Assembly (NCBI GenBank): GCA_003427395.1
Contig: BFEA01000015.1
Location: forward strand, 2,867,505 to 2,931,504
DNA: 64,000 bases
From: Chara braunii
Lineage: Eukaryota; Plantae; Charophyceae
Reading direction: 5' to 3'
Position numbers and translations under genes: made by a program. Shown here piece after piece: positions 13,498-25,862 of the stretch (positions are counted from its first letter, which is position 1; every line of letters starts with the position of its first letter). The notes under the pieces are model-generated. The model did not search any database and was not told the DNA's origin. It saw only the letters and a program-made list of their open reading frames with translations.

Positions 13498-13560
13498 CTC
13501 TCTCTTTTGCAGGAAGACTCTGCTGCTCTCACTGTCATGGGATTGGGATTGGTGCAAGCA
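12640..13560. repeat. Diverged local duplications upstream of PEPC
   Basis: taagtaacccatctgcatgtc...ctacgcgtgacaggtataggta...gggtggatcgcgaa occurs twice (about 12748 and 12932). tgcggctgcagaagttgattg occurs twice (about 13305 and 13393). Confidence 0.7.
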
Positions 13561-14194
13561 CCAGGCAGTGGTGCAGGTTGACTGCCAAGGCGTCGTCGTT
13601 GTTGACGGCAACGAAAACTTGAGAAGCGTACTGGAGGAGACGACTGGAGACGAGAGAGAGAGAGAGAGACGCAGAGAACCGGAAGTCGTTTTGTTGTTGA
13701 CGTCCCGGTAAATTAAGGGGAAAAAGAGCAGGATATCTGGATGATGCCAGGACACGGTTGGTAATAGGTGGCGGGGGGCGTGAAGGTGAGGACACTGAGG
13801 AGAAGCTGATGGTTTTGTTGGTTCGTGAGATGTAGATGGGAGAGAGTAAGAGAAGCGAAGGAGCGGGGTGAGTGAGTGAGGCGCCGGAGCCAGGAGGCGA
13901 CGAGAAGGCGTGCGTGCGCGTGTGGCGTGTGGCGTGTGGCGTGTGGCGTGTGGCGTGTGGCGTGTGGTGGGTCGATTGGTCCTTCAGTTGGGAGTGTGTG
14001 TGTTGTTGGTGGGTCAATTGGTTTTTCTCTGTTGTTGATTGGTCGCTGACGTGGACGACGGAAACAAGCTCTCATCAATCCGCGCGGCTACACATACCCA
14101 GTCGAGTCGCGTGAATGGTAATAAAGCTCGATCGATTGATTGGTTCCGAGATCGGAATCTGATCTGAAAAGAAGACCCGATTCGGGTGGAAAAA

Positions 14195-17100
14195 ATGGGG
14201 GATAAGAAGGCGGTGTTGAAGGGGGACCACCATGGTTCGTTCTCGGGGAAAAGGTCAAGTCCGGGGTTGGGTTCGTCGGCGGCGGCGGCGGGTTCAGCGC
14301 CGGGTTCAGGGGCAGGTTCAGGGTCGTCGGAGCCCAGCAGCATGCCCGTCCTTCGAAGGCATAATACTCTGGAGAGTCCGCGGCTCGCGTTGGGACACGT
14401 GGGCCCACTGACTGTCGTAGATAACACGTTGTTGGACGGCACGAGCTTTATTCCCCGTGTAGCTGACGACGATCTTCTCTTCGCTGACGACGCTTTGTTA
14501 TTGCAGCTCTTCTTGGACACTCTGTTAAATCATCACGGGCCTGAAATCGCTAGGAAGGTTAGGACGTGCTATAGTCTAGGGGGGATGTATTCCAAGTCCT
14601 GTAGCAACGAGGACTTGGTGCGTCTAGAGACCTTCATGGACCAGTTCTGTCCGGGGGATGCGATCTTGACAGCGAGCGCATTTTCGCACATGCTGAACTT
14701 AGAGAACATAGCAGAAGAGGTGCAGATGTCTCTGAGGAGGAGATCACAGGTGAAGACAGGCAACATATCGGACGAAGGGAGCGCGCTGACAGAGTCGACG
14801 TTCCCAGAGACGCTTCAGAAGCTCTTGGAGTTCGGCAAAACCCCGGAGGAGATCTTCGCTGCTCTCAAGTCCCAGACCGTCGATCTGGTTCTGACTGCGC
14901 ATCCTACGCAATCGATTCGTCGCACGCTTTTGACAAAGTTTTGCAAGATCAAGAGAAACCTTCTTCGCCTTCATGAAACGCCCAACTTGATGCCTAACGA
15001 CCTCAAGGAGATGGTGGAAGAGATACAGAGAGAGATTCAATCGGCGTGGAGAACGGATGAGATTCGCCGCATCCCACCCAAGCCTCAGGACGAAATGCGG
15101 TCAGGAATGAGTTATTTCCATGAGACGATTTGGGAAGGCGTTCCGCGCTTTTTGCGCCGCGTAGACACTGCTCTGCAAGCGATTGGCATTCAGGAGCGTC
15201 TGCCTTACGACAGACCGATTCTGCAGTTCAGCAGTTGGATGGGAGGAGACCGAGATGGGAACCCGCGTGTGACAGCCTCCGTGACCTGGGACGTGTGTCT
15301 TGTGGCCCGATTGATGGCTGCCAATCTGTATTACAATCAGATCGAGCCGCTGATGTTTGAGCTGTCCATGTGGCGGTGCAACAGCGAGCTGAAGGCGTTG
15401 GCCAATCAAATCGTTGAGGAGTCGATGAAGAAAGAATCGGTCAAACATTACCGAGAGTTCTGGAGTAGCAGTCCTCCATCGGAACCCTACCGTGTGCTTC
15501 TTGGTGCGATCAGGGACAAGCTGTTTCACACGCGAGAGAGAATGATGAACCTTCTGGAAATGGGCTATTCGTCGATTCCAGAGGCGGACACGTTCACCTC
15601 AGCGGAGCAGCTGATGGAGATGTTGAGAGTCTGTTACGATTCCCTCTGCTCTGTAGGGGATAAGAACATAGCCGATGGGGGGCTGCTGAACTTCATGCGT
15701 CAGGTGGCCTGTTTTGGCCTTGTCATCGTGAAGCTGGACATACGGCAGGAGTCGGAGCGCCACACCGACGTGTTGCAAGCCATCACCAGCCACCTGGGGC
15801 TTGGGTCGTACAGGGAATGGCCGGAGGAAAAGCGGCAGGAGTTCCTGCTCAAGGAGCTGCAGGGAAAACGACCGTTGTTTGGTCCAGACCTGACAGCCTC
15901 GCCTGACGTCAGGGAGATTCTGGACACGTGCCAGATCGTCAGCGAGCTGCCATCCGATTCCTTCGGCGCTTACGTGATCTCCATGTCGACTGCCGCGTCT
16001 GATGTCCTTGCAGTCTACTTGATTCAGCGGGAGTGCGGAGTGAAGAAACCTCTTCGGGTCGTGCCGCTTTTCGAGCGGCTCAAGGACCTCGTCAATGCCC
16101 CTAAGATCATGGATCGATTGTTCTCGATTGATTGGTATCGGGAAATGATCAACGGTCGGCAGGAAGTAATGATAGGCTACTCGGACTCGGGCAAGGATGC
16201 AGGGAGGCTAGCAGCAGCCTGGGCTTTGTTCCAAGCCCAGCAGGAGGTAGTGGCAACTGCCAAGAAGTACAACGTGAAAGTGACACTCTTTCATGGGAGG
16301 GGTGGGACTGTGGGTCGCGGTGGTGGTCCCGTTCACCTGGGTATCTTGTCCCAGCCACCAGGGACCATCCAAGGCTCTCTGCGGCTGACGGTTCAGGGAG
16401 AGATCATAGAACACGCATTCGGCGAGGAAAGGTTGTGTTTCCGATCGCTCGAGCGCTACACTTCTGCGACTCTCGAGGCCAGCATGTGTCCACCCCGAGC
16501 ACCCCGCCCCGAGTGGGTTGCTCTCATGCAGGAGATGTCTGACATCTCCAGGGATGAGTTCCGAAGGATCATTGAGGACAAGCAGTTCGTTCCCTACTTC
16601 CAAGCAGTGACCCCTGTTCTTCAGTTCGGTAAGATGAACATTGGCAGTCGGCCGTCGAAGCGCACGACGATGAACGATGTGCAATCCCTGCGTGCGATCC
16701 CGTGGGTGTTCGCTTGGACCCAGACTAAGCTCCACCTTCCAGTCTGGCTGGGGATTGGCACAGCCCTGCGTCACGTGATGGAACAGAAGCCGGAGAACCT
16801 GCAGAAGCTGCAGCAAATGCACAGCGAGTGGCCCTTCTTCCGGGCAACCCTCGATCTCATCGAGATGATCCTTGCCAAGGCGGACCCGCGCATCTTTGCC
16901 ATGTACGACTCCCTGTTGGCGCCAAAAGAACTTAGCCAATTTGGGCACGAGCTGCGATACAAGTTCCAGGACATGAAGGAGCTGCTGCTCAAGGTGGCGG
17001 GTCATAAGAGCTTTCTGGAAAACAACACGGCTCTCAGGCAAAGGCTCATCCTGCGGGAGCCGTTAATGACCCCATTGCATGTCCTACAAGCGCTCACATT

Positions 17101-17278
17101 GAACAAGATGCGAAGCACAGGTGCTCTTTATTGCGAGAGGAAGGAGGGGACAGAGAAAGACGCCGTCATGAAAGATCTCGTCGAGCGTAATCCTGGCACA
17201 GAGTTCGCCCCAGGCCTCGAAGACACACTCATCATCACGATGAAGGGGATAGCAGCGGGCTCGCAAAATACAGGATAG
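14195..17278 (+). CDS. PPC: Phosphoenolpyruvate carboxylase, plant-type, single exon
   Basis: Uninterrupted ORF; the first ATG is at 14195 (the ORF track starts at GTG 14186). Motifs present: [69 protein letters not shown], and C-terminal QNTG (plant-type rather than bacterial-type (R/K)NTG). Confidence 0.97.
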   Translation: MGDKKAVLKGDHHGSFSGKRSSPGLGSSAAAAGSAPGSGAGSGSSEPSSMPVLRRHNTLESPRLALGHVGPLTVVDNTLLDGTSFIPRVADDDLLFADDALLLQLFLDTLLNHHGPEIARKVRTCYSLGGMYSKSCSNEDLVRLETFMDQFCPGDAILTASAFSHMLNLENIAEEVQMSLRRRSQVKTGNISDEGSALTESTFPETLQKLLEFGKTPEEIFAALKSQTVDLVLTAHPTQSIRRTLLTKFCKIKRNLLRLHETPNLMPNDLKEMVEEIQREIQSAWRTDEIRRIPPKPQDEMRSGMSYFHETIWEGVPRFLRRVDTALQAIGIQERLPYDRPILQFSSWMGGDRDGNPRVTASVTWDVCLVARLMAANLYYNQIEPLMFELSMWRCNSELKALANQIVEESMKKESVKHYREFWSSSPPSEPYRVLLGAIRDKLFHTRERMMNLLEMGYSSIPEADTFTSAEQLMEMLRVCYDSLCSVGDKNIADGGLLNFMRQVACFGLVIVKLDIRQESERHTDVLQAITSHLGLGSYREWPEEKRQEFLLKELQGKRPLFGPDLTASPDVREILDTCQIVSELPSDSFGAYVISMSTAASDVLAVYLIQRECGVKKPLRVVPLFERLKDLVNAPKIMDRLFSIDWYREMINGRQEVMIGYSDSGKDAGRLAAAWALFQAQQEVVATAKKYNVKVTLFHGRGGTVGRGGGPVHLGILSQPPGTIQGSLRLTVQGEIIEHAFGEERLCFRSLERYTSATLEASMCPPRAPRPEWVALMQEMSDISRDEFRRIIEDKQFVPYFQAVTPVLQFGKMNIGSRPSKRTTMNDVQSLRAIPWVFAWTQTKLHLPVWLGIGTALRHVMEQKPENLQKLQQMHSEWPFFRATLDLIEMILAKADPRIFAMYDSLLAPKELSQFGHELRYKFQDMKELLLKVAGHKSFLENNTALRQRLILREPLMTPLHVLQALTLNKMRSTGALYCERKEGTEKDAVMKDLVERNPGTEFAPGLEDTLIITMKGIAAGSQNTG

Positions 17279-17350
17279 ATAGCATGGCATCATCCAGGAG
17301 AGATAGATAGCATGGCATCATCCAGGATAGATAGATAGCATGGCATCATC
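17273..17350 (+). repeat. Three-copy ~28-bp tandem repeat beginning at the PEPC stop codon
   Basis: gatagatagcatggcatcatc(c/t) repeated three times. Confidence 0.9.
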
Positions 17351-18930
17351 TGGCAATCAGTATGGATGGGTGGGAAAGGAGGGCACAGAAGGCCCGTTGA
17401 GGGAGGGAGAGGGGGGTTGAGGGAGGGAGAGAATTAAGTAAGGGAGGAAGGATGTGGTGAGAGTGGAGTGGACACGATAGGAGGGGGAGCGGAAGACCCG
17501 CGCCTTTACGACTGGCGGCGACGACTGTATAATTCTCCAATCTCTCTCTTTTTTTTTTTTTTTTTTTGTTGCAAACATCGGCAACGGGGAGTAGAGGGAG
17601 TGCTGATAAGAGCAGAGCAGACACTCCCTCTACACTCCCGTAGTACTGGTTTTCCTCCTCTTCCTCCCGCTTCTTGAACACACAGGAGGGGTGCATAAGA
17701 CCCGTGTGGTGTGCGCTCCCTTACTGGCTACCACTGCACAGTATTCTGCATGTTTTTTTTTCCATTTCCATCTCTCCAGTGGCTTAATTTCCCCACTTCC
17801 TCTCTCTTATTGGACATAAAGGAGGGGTGCAGAAGACCCTCCTGCGGGGTCTGACCCCTCCCTTTGTACTACAACATTCTCAATTTTTTTTTTTCTTCTC
17901 TGGTCTAACTGGGTAGGATTGTCTATAAGTCGTGACTGTAGGTTCTGCAGCTGCAGCTCCAACTGCAACTGCAGCTCAATAATCAGTGCAAGCTATCAAA
18001 CAAGTGCTGCATGTCCTCCCCCTCTTCTTGGACACACAGGAGACTGAGGAGAGGGATGCAGGAGGACCCTGTGGTCTGCTCCCTTACTGGCCACTGTATT
18101 CTGCTTCTGTTTTTTTTTTTTTGCCCTCCCTGTCCTTGACAAGACTGGCCACTGCATTCTGCTTCTTTTTTTTTTTCTTTTTTTTTTTTTTCCCTCCGTC
18201 TCCTTGACAAGAGGGGGAGAAGAAGAGTGGATGGGGGGCCCTTAGTGTCACTGGGCAAGTGGCAAAGATTGACGAACCTAGTCAAGCTTTGAAAGACTTT
18301 GGTTGGATGGGGGGCCCCTATAAGGGGTTTGGAAGATTGCATGGGGGGGGGAGGGGGAGGGGCCTAAAAGTCGAGGAGAAGCAGAGAAAGGGTGGCTTTG
18401 TGACTTTTTTGGAGCACCAGGCTGCAGAATGAATGTGGGAATAGATGAAGTTGTTGCTGGCCAATCAGGGGAGTCGTTGCTGCTTTTTTGAAGTAATGAT
18501 ATAAATGGCCACTGCTGCAACGTGCGAAAACAAACTTGCCAGTGAAAATAGGCGAGGATGCCATGTGCGTAGTACTGTGAGGACAACTGGCCACAATTGC
18601 AGTTGTATTACAATGCGGGTAGACCTTGGTACAAGGAAGGGAGTCGTAAGACTCGCTCATCTGATATAAGTACCTTTGACTAGGCGGACGATAATGCCAC
18701 CTCAACGTCAATGATACTGTGGCAAGGGAGGGGGAGGGCGAGGGGGATGGCGAGGGGGAGGGGGAGGGGGGTGTCAATGTGCAATTCCATTAAGTTGCAG
18801 GGCTGCCTTCCAGTGGGGGAGGAGCGGAAGCCGTAGCCCAGTTGTAAATCCGCCACAGTGCAGGTCGGGGTTTTGTAAACTGACATATATGTCACAGCTG
18901 TTGGCAGGGGGTTAAGCGTATGCGTTTGCT

Positions 18931-18997
<67 letters not shown>

Positions 18998-19009
18998 GTG
19001 TGGTCTGTG

Positions 19010-19094
19010 TGTTGTCATATTCGCTATACACTCAAAAATAGCATGCCTGTGCCAGACTGTTTCGTGGGACTTTCACCGACTCATCAGGAGGTTG
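19010..19094 (-). repeat. Hammerhead-core-containing short repeat, copy 1
   Basis: Minus strand caacctcCTGATGAgtcggtgaaagtcccacGAAAcagtc...; homologous to 61383-61471. Confidence 0.6.
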
Positions 19095-19231
19095 TGTGTG
19101 CATGTGTGTGTGTGTGCGCGCGCGTGCATTCTTTCATGCGAGTGTGTGTGAGTTACGCGGTAGGGTATGAAGCGTGCGTGTGAAGCGTGCGTGTGTTTGA
19201 CCTATTGGCATGGTCAGAAGTGCCGGTGTAT

Positions 19232-19249
19232 ATGTGTGTGCAGGCGTTC

Positions 19250-19282
<33 letters not shown>

Positions 19283-19418
19283 CAGGCGTTCTTGCAAGTG
19301 TGCGTGTGTGTGTGTGTGTGTGCAGGCGTTCTTGCAAAAGTGTGTGTGTGCAGGCGTTCTTGCAAGTGTGTGTGTGCAGGCGTTCTTGCAAGCGTGTGTG
19401 TGTGCAGGCGTTCTTGCG

Positions 19419-19458
<40 letters not shown>

Positions 19459-19483
19459 TGCAGACGTTCTTGCAAGTGCGCGC

Positions 19484-19540
<57 letters not shown>
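19232..19540. repeat. Compound minisatellite (TG)n-CAGGCGTTCTTGCAA
   Basis: Seven near-identical caggcgttcttgcaa units separated by variable (TG)n. Confidence 0.9.
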
Positions 19541-19546
<6 letters not shown>

Positions 19547-22009
19547 GCAAATTGAAAAAGAGGCAACTGGTGGCTGGTGATGGAAGGGTTGGCCGTGTCG
19601 TTGTGGTGATCGAAGCACTCCTCGACTAGACTGTGCAGAGGCGCGTAGAGGTCTGTCGGCGGAGTGTTCAGTGTTCTCTTCGATGCACGTAGAAGAAAAA
19701 GAAAAAAAAGCCTTCGATCTGACCTAGCCGTCATTCTCGCACGAAAGTTCATGATCGCATCATTTCGGTCATCGCTCGTTATTTTTCGGGTTCTCGTGCT
19801 CTGGCGAGGTTATTGCGTTCAACAACAACAAAAAAAAAAAGGAAAAAAAAAAGGGTTGTGTTCAACGAAAACACAGTTGTCAGGCGATTAGGCCCTAGGG
19901 TAGTTGCACCCACTCGCCAGTCGCCAGCTCTTATTTTTGAATGCATCAGGTCGACCTGGCGGTACAGATTCATTGAACATGTTGGCGGACGACCAGTAGC
20001 GCGATTGGTCAGTAACACTCTGGTTATAAAGGTTCCGAAAAAGTAAATCGGACCCAAATCGCGTTAAGTCTTCTGTGACTGGACTTAGGGCATACTCACA
20101 CCAGCACTTGCCAAATGTATCCGACTGCAGTTAGGGTCGGGGGTGGATGTATGTGAGCGCAATTATGTCAAAATGCAACTCTACCAGGAATGGGCATTTT
20201 GAAATTTCCCTCTGCATCTCACCAGGTCCATGCTCCCCTCCAAAATGCTGCCTTTTACAAAAAAAGGAAAAAAAATGCTGCCTTTCACAAACAAACGACT
20301 AAACAAATTCGCACAACTTACCGGACTAAAAATGCTCCAAAAAAAAAAAAAAAAAAAAAAAGCTCCGCTCCTCTGACCACATCTACGTCAATGTTTTTAC
20401 CCAACCAGTACCTCAGGGGGTCTTAGGCCCCCTCTGACGCGAATGAATACAGACCCCATGTGCGCACGGATTCATGCACTGCATTAACGGTAGGTACTGC
20501 TGCAGCTGAACAAATGAAACCTTACGAACAGGAGCATATACTAGATACCATGTGGCCCACTAAGAGGTAAGCCCCACTGCCTGGCGAAGGCGAACGCTTC
20601 CGCCAAACCCAAATAGTAGACCCCGGCGATGGAAAAGAGAAAAGCGGACCCCACTGCAGCACAAATTTTCGCCAGTTCCGTTGGTGCCAGTTACCCGATA
20701 GGGAAAACTTTCCCTATATGGAAACTTCACATCCGCTACTCTCGATTCTCACCCAATCCCTGGCTCTCCTTTCCACATGGGATGGCCGAACAGAGGGTGT
20801 TGCCCCTCCCCTACCCCCTCAGAATGGCCGAACAGCAAGGGACCCGCAAAGCAGAACTGAGTGAAAACGTCTGCCACGTCATGTCTGAGCATTTTCCAAA
20901 GCTTTGCCGCAAAGCCCTGGGGTTTCACAGCTCGTCTTCCAAAGCCTTGCCGCAAAGCACTGGGTTCAGGGCGTACTCACAAGCCGGTGGCATTGCAGCA
21001 AAAGCTGCGAATTTTGCTATCCCCATGTTGCTGAAATGCCACCCAGCCCGGTTATATAGCAGCAACAAATCACAAAAGACACAAGCCGGACTTTCTGGCA
21101 ATTGCCAAAAATGGTGTCTCGCGTGGTCATTACAGCGCAAACCCTAAATCCTTGGAACTTATTTCTTTTCCAACAAAGTTCGATTTAATTTTTTTTGAAT
21201 TATTATTATTTTTTTTGAAGTCGCAGTTTGTATTATAGAAAATTGGAGAACTGAGGCCGGGAATCCCTCAACATCTCAACCCGGAATTCCTGGGGCCAAT
21301 ACCCAGATTAGGCTTTACTGGAAACCGGGTCCAGTGTCCCATTCAGGGCAACTTCAACCAAAAAAAAAAATCGCAGCTGGACTAACAAAATTCAAAACCA
21401 GAAATAGGAGAGGCAACCACTATGCTGACTGGGAGCCTTACCCAGCTTCGCTTAAAGATGTTACAGAAAAGAGGACAGTTCTCGGACTACTTCCAACGAA
21501 GAGACCTTGCTTCCATTGGCAGGAGACCATAGCCTAATGTGACTAGCCAAAGAAATGACAAATACCCAATGATCTAAAGCAAACTACAGAGTTCTATCTG
21601 GAGCAGGTGATTTGCAGAAATCCGAAGGAAGATCCATCAAAACCAAAAGAGAGGCCTGTCGGACCAGCTAATAGCCGTGTGGAGCCTGGGTTGTCATGAC
21701 GAGGTTTCCCACCTTGTACCCTTGAGACTCTGTAGGGAGTACTGTATTCCAGGTACTCTAGATCTCAATGGGTACAACCCAGATTTGCTCTTTTATCAGC
21801 TAAATGCTAATCGGCCGTGCCCTAAGTAGCTCAGCAACGCTGCCACAACCACTAGTAGGTCTCCCACTACCTCCAGTCATTCCGTTGCCTGCTACGGACA
21901 AGCCCAGTATAGATACCGAAGGAGAAGAACACAAGCCCAGTATAGATACCAAAGGAGAAGAACTTAGCAAGGAACTATCAGGTGTGTTACAAACTAGAGG
22001 CAACCAAGC

Positions 22010-22185
22010 TAAGGAACGAACACCAACAATCTAAGTTTACACCGTAATGAAGCCAAGCAACAGAAGGAACACCAACAATCTAAATTCACACCGTAGTGAG
22101 GCCAAGCCACAGAAAGAGCACCAACACTCTTAAGTTCACACCGTAGTGAAGCCAAGCAACAGAAAGAGCACCAACACTCTTAAGA
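22010..22185. repeat. ~57-bp tandem repeat within a probable LTR-retrotransposon remnant
   Basis: caccaacaatctaagtt(c/t)acaccgta(a/g)tgaagccaagcaacagaa repeated about three times. Confidence 0.75.
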
Positions 22186-22966
22186 TCGGAAACGAGAAGA
22201 GCAGCCAAGATTAGGTTCAAAGTCCCAGAGAGTGGCACAGATGGCTTAAAGAAGGGAAGATAATTCCACGTTCAACGGAACAAGGAAACGGCTCAGATAA
22301 GGAGGAGCCGGTATACCTAAAGCAGGGGAGGGTAGATAAAGTGAACGTCTCTACGTGTCATCGTGACCTCCGGTCGAGACTAATACTCTGCTCCCTTTGC
22401 ACTACTGGAAACGCTCCCACGTCTACCAGTGAAACTCCCACTTCCCAAAGGTGACATCGTCCTGTAGAGCTTCAGGTCTTCTCATGGTACTTCGAGTCTT
22501 CACGCTCCCGGTTGAGGTAGTCGCTAGTACTTGGCTTGTGCTCCTCACAACAACAGTCCCACCACTGCCAGTTGCCCTCCCACTGCTCCCGGAAGTGCCG
22601 CTGTCTGACTCACCATTCGCCGTGCACTGGACTCACTCTCCCTTCGTCGTGCCGTTGGTCATGTATGTTTCCCAAAAACGGGGTTCATAAAGAGGTTGCA
22701 GTCGCCTGAAATTTGAGCGTTGAAGGTTGTAGAGGGATCCGGAACTACCCTGCTCCCTGGTATTCCACAGGGAGACACAGCCCCTTGTCGAGGCTGAGGG
22801 AGATGGCCGAACCTTGGGAGTACCGAGTACTCCATAGCTCCGTCCCACGCACCGTAACCCGCGCTTTGCTGCCGACGCAGAGCGCCGCCGTTTCCGGACG
22901 GCGGTATCATCGGTAGCGCAGCGCTTCCACGAAGCGCTCCCGTTCCCCCTCTTCGATTCGAATTTA

Positions 22967-24750
22967 GGGCCTCGTTAGACACCCCTTGTGGACCCGAAAT
23001 CCACAAGGAAGTGCTCGTTCCACCTGTCCTCGGGGACAATTCGCGAAAGAAAAAGTTAAAACAGCATAAGGAAATTTCCTTGTGGCGTCCTTGTGGCTAC
23101 AGCCAATTTTTCCTCATCCCCAAGGGACCTCCCGAGGTCCCTCAGAGCACAAGGAAGCGCGAGATTCGGAGCGGCGAAGGCATGCATCGACGCACAGTTT
23201 TGGTTTGAGGGTGGTCCAGACGTGGTCCACCGAACAGGACATCCCTGCCCTCCACTGTCTGGGCGACACCCCAACGGCTCCAAACGGTCACCGTCCACGT
23301 GAGGCCTCCATCCGTCAAATCGGGCGTCCCCAGCCGGTGTCATGCGGTCTGCTGCGCTGGGCGATTGTCGACAATGGTCGGAAATTTGAATGCTTGTCCA
23401 CGTCGGCGCTGCGTTCGATGACGACAATTTTATTATGGAAGATCGTCGTTTCCGTCACTTGTCGTCACGCCTTGCACGTCGGAGCACAGATCTTCCCTCT
23501 CTTTTTCTTCTGTCGATGGAGTTCTTCGCTGGACGATGGACCACTGACGTGGAGCTGCTTCCCTTTCCACGACCCTTACATGGCCGACTTGCTGCACAGG
23601 CTGCCTCTGCTACTCCTCGTCGTCGTGCTGCTTCTCATCGTTGTCTTCTTCCACGTGTGTTTCGTCGGCCTGCTCCCTGTCGCGGCTCGCAAAAGGAGAT
23701 CTTCCAAGAACGGCGACATGATGGATTGACGACTGACCAACGACAGACCGGCAGCTCCCTGCCCTGCTCCCTGTCATGCGCTTCATCCACCACCTCGGCG
23801 TTGCTCGAGGAATCACTCCGCAACCCAACGCGTAGCACAGCTGAACAACAGCCTCCGAGATCGCCATGTGGTCGGGGCCATCGTTTGGAGCTTGCATCAA
23901 TGCCCTTCGTCTACGCGTGCGCAACTGCTCCTTCAGTCGTCCCAGCGCCCTCTCCTGCTGACATCGAAGAACAACGGTAGACATGGCCACCGCCACGGCC
24001 TGCAGCTCAAGAGCCGTCAACACCGCACGTCCACCCTCTCCGCCGCCCTCCATAGTTGCGACCTGGACACGGACCCGTCGCTCCGCTGTCGTGTGTGTCG
24101 TCCTTCCACACCCAACGAAGAAGCCGACACACGTGGTTAACCAGGGGTGTTATTTTCGATGAATTTTGCACCGAATTGCACTGAAACTGTCATATTGTGC
24201 TGATTTTTTGCTTTTTTTCTTGTTTTTCTTTTTGTGTGATTACCAACGAAGACGGTGAATATTTGGGCCCCCGTTAACCGTATCTCCATGTGCGAAGATC
24301 GACGGCGATGGATGCACCCGACGATGCATGCGCACTTGCAACGGTCGGGGGACAGAAGTGACGTCGCCGCTGAGCCCGTTTCAACAGTACGCCTTTTTCG
24401 CGCTGCCAGCCGCACGTCGTCGTCGTTGTCGCAGTCGTCATTAGAAATTCGAATTTCAAACGTCGACGCCCCCCGGGTTAATTTTTTCTCCCGTCGCCCG
24501 CCTCATGCCGTTTCCCGCCACACGTCGCTGGACCACGCCACCTCCACACGGACAAAAGACGGTGGACCAAGGACCACCGACCCCGCGACCACTAATTTCC
24601 GTATGAAAACGGCCACGGGCACGCCACAAGGAAACATCCTTGGGGGAGGTCCCCAAAGATGAGTGGAACGCCGCCGCAAATTTCCCTTAAGAGCCACAAG
24701 GAAATTTCCTTATGGCTCAAGGAACTCGTAAGGAGTGTCAAACGAGGCCT
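22967..24750 (-). mobile_element. Internally deleted PIF/Harbinger element
   Basis: TIR ggcctcgtt(a/t)gacac(c/t)cctt at both ends; TTA TSD (22964-22966 and 24751-24753). ORF 23610-24053(-) runs to PRWWMKRMTG, resembling a Harbinger transposase N-terminus, then loses similarity. Confidence 0.8.
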
Positions 24751-25220
24751 TTAGTTTCACAAACTCTTGAACTGGGGGAAAAAAAAATGATACCACCTCC
24801 AGAGGTGATAGCAAAATACCCTTCCTGGAGGTCGAAGCAAAATGCCCTTCCCGGCTGCTCGCCAGGCCGCTGACATTTGATGCCTTGTTTGTGGCTTTTG
24901 GCACTTGTGGCGGCAGGGCACCAGTGTGATCATTGTTGTGAACCCCCTTCCAAGTTCCAAAAGTGGGTGACCCCTACCGGCCGCGAAACAGCAGGCCCTC
25001 AATTCTTTTTTTTTCTTTCTTTCTTTCTCGTGTCGGCCGCTCCTTTTGATTGGACTGAGCTACAACATCCCTGCTGCACGCTTCGTAAAAGCTCCGTTTA
25101 GGTTTTGGACCTTTTGGTTAAGGTTGGCCAAAATGAGTCTCCTGTTGGGACACTAGACCCGGTTTCCAGCCCCGGGTAGAATTGTGAGGATCAGTCTCGA
25201 GTGGAACTTTATTTCATTAA

Positions 25221-25441
25221 ACCACCAGTACTTGGCCCAGCTACCGGCCATGGGCCTTCTCCGCTAAAGCGCTAACACCTTAGGGGGTCGGCCAAGGGAA
25301 GGCCCGGTCGCTGCTTGAAGGTCTGGCCTCAGTTCTTTCGGTACGAGACCAAAAAACAAAAGAACAAAGAAAGAAAGAAAAAAATCAAATACACAAAAAT
25401 TAAAAAAGAAAGAACACGAAAGCTAAAAAACGAAGTCACGC

Positions 25442-25489
<48 letters not shown>

Positions 25490-25578
25490 TGCAACTTCCC
25501 GCGAAAGTGGGAAGATTCATTTTCGTTTTCGTTTTCGAAACGGGAGAGAGAGAGAGAGAGAGGCGGCAACTTTCTCCG

Positions 25579-25640
<62 letters not shown>

Positions 25641-25803
25641 TTCAAAACGACGCAGACGAGAATGAATCGTCCCACGAAAGCGGGAAGATCCATTCCCGTT
25701 TTATGGAAACGCTTGGGGGCGCGTGCGCGCGCGCGCGATAAAGAGAGAGAGAGGGGGGGCGGGGGGGACAGCGGCCTGCATGGAGGGGAGCGGTGAACTT
25801 GCC

Positions 25804-25862
<59 letters not shown>

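Larger units (their letters stand above)
18450..19950 (-). mobile_element. Probable decayed Penelope-like element RT, broken by microsatellites
   Basis: Frameshifted minus-strand peptides occur in the order expected for PLE-type RT and thumb regions: [24 protein letters not shown]...VY, NLMELHID, YPH...LSSQYYAHGIL...FARCSS. The catalytic YxDD position is replaced by the CA tract. Confidence 0.4.
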
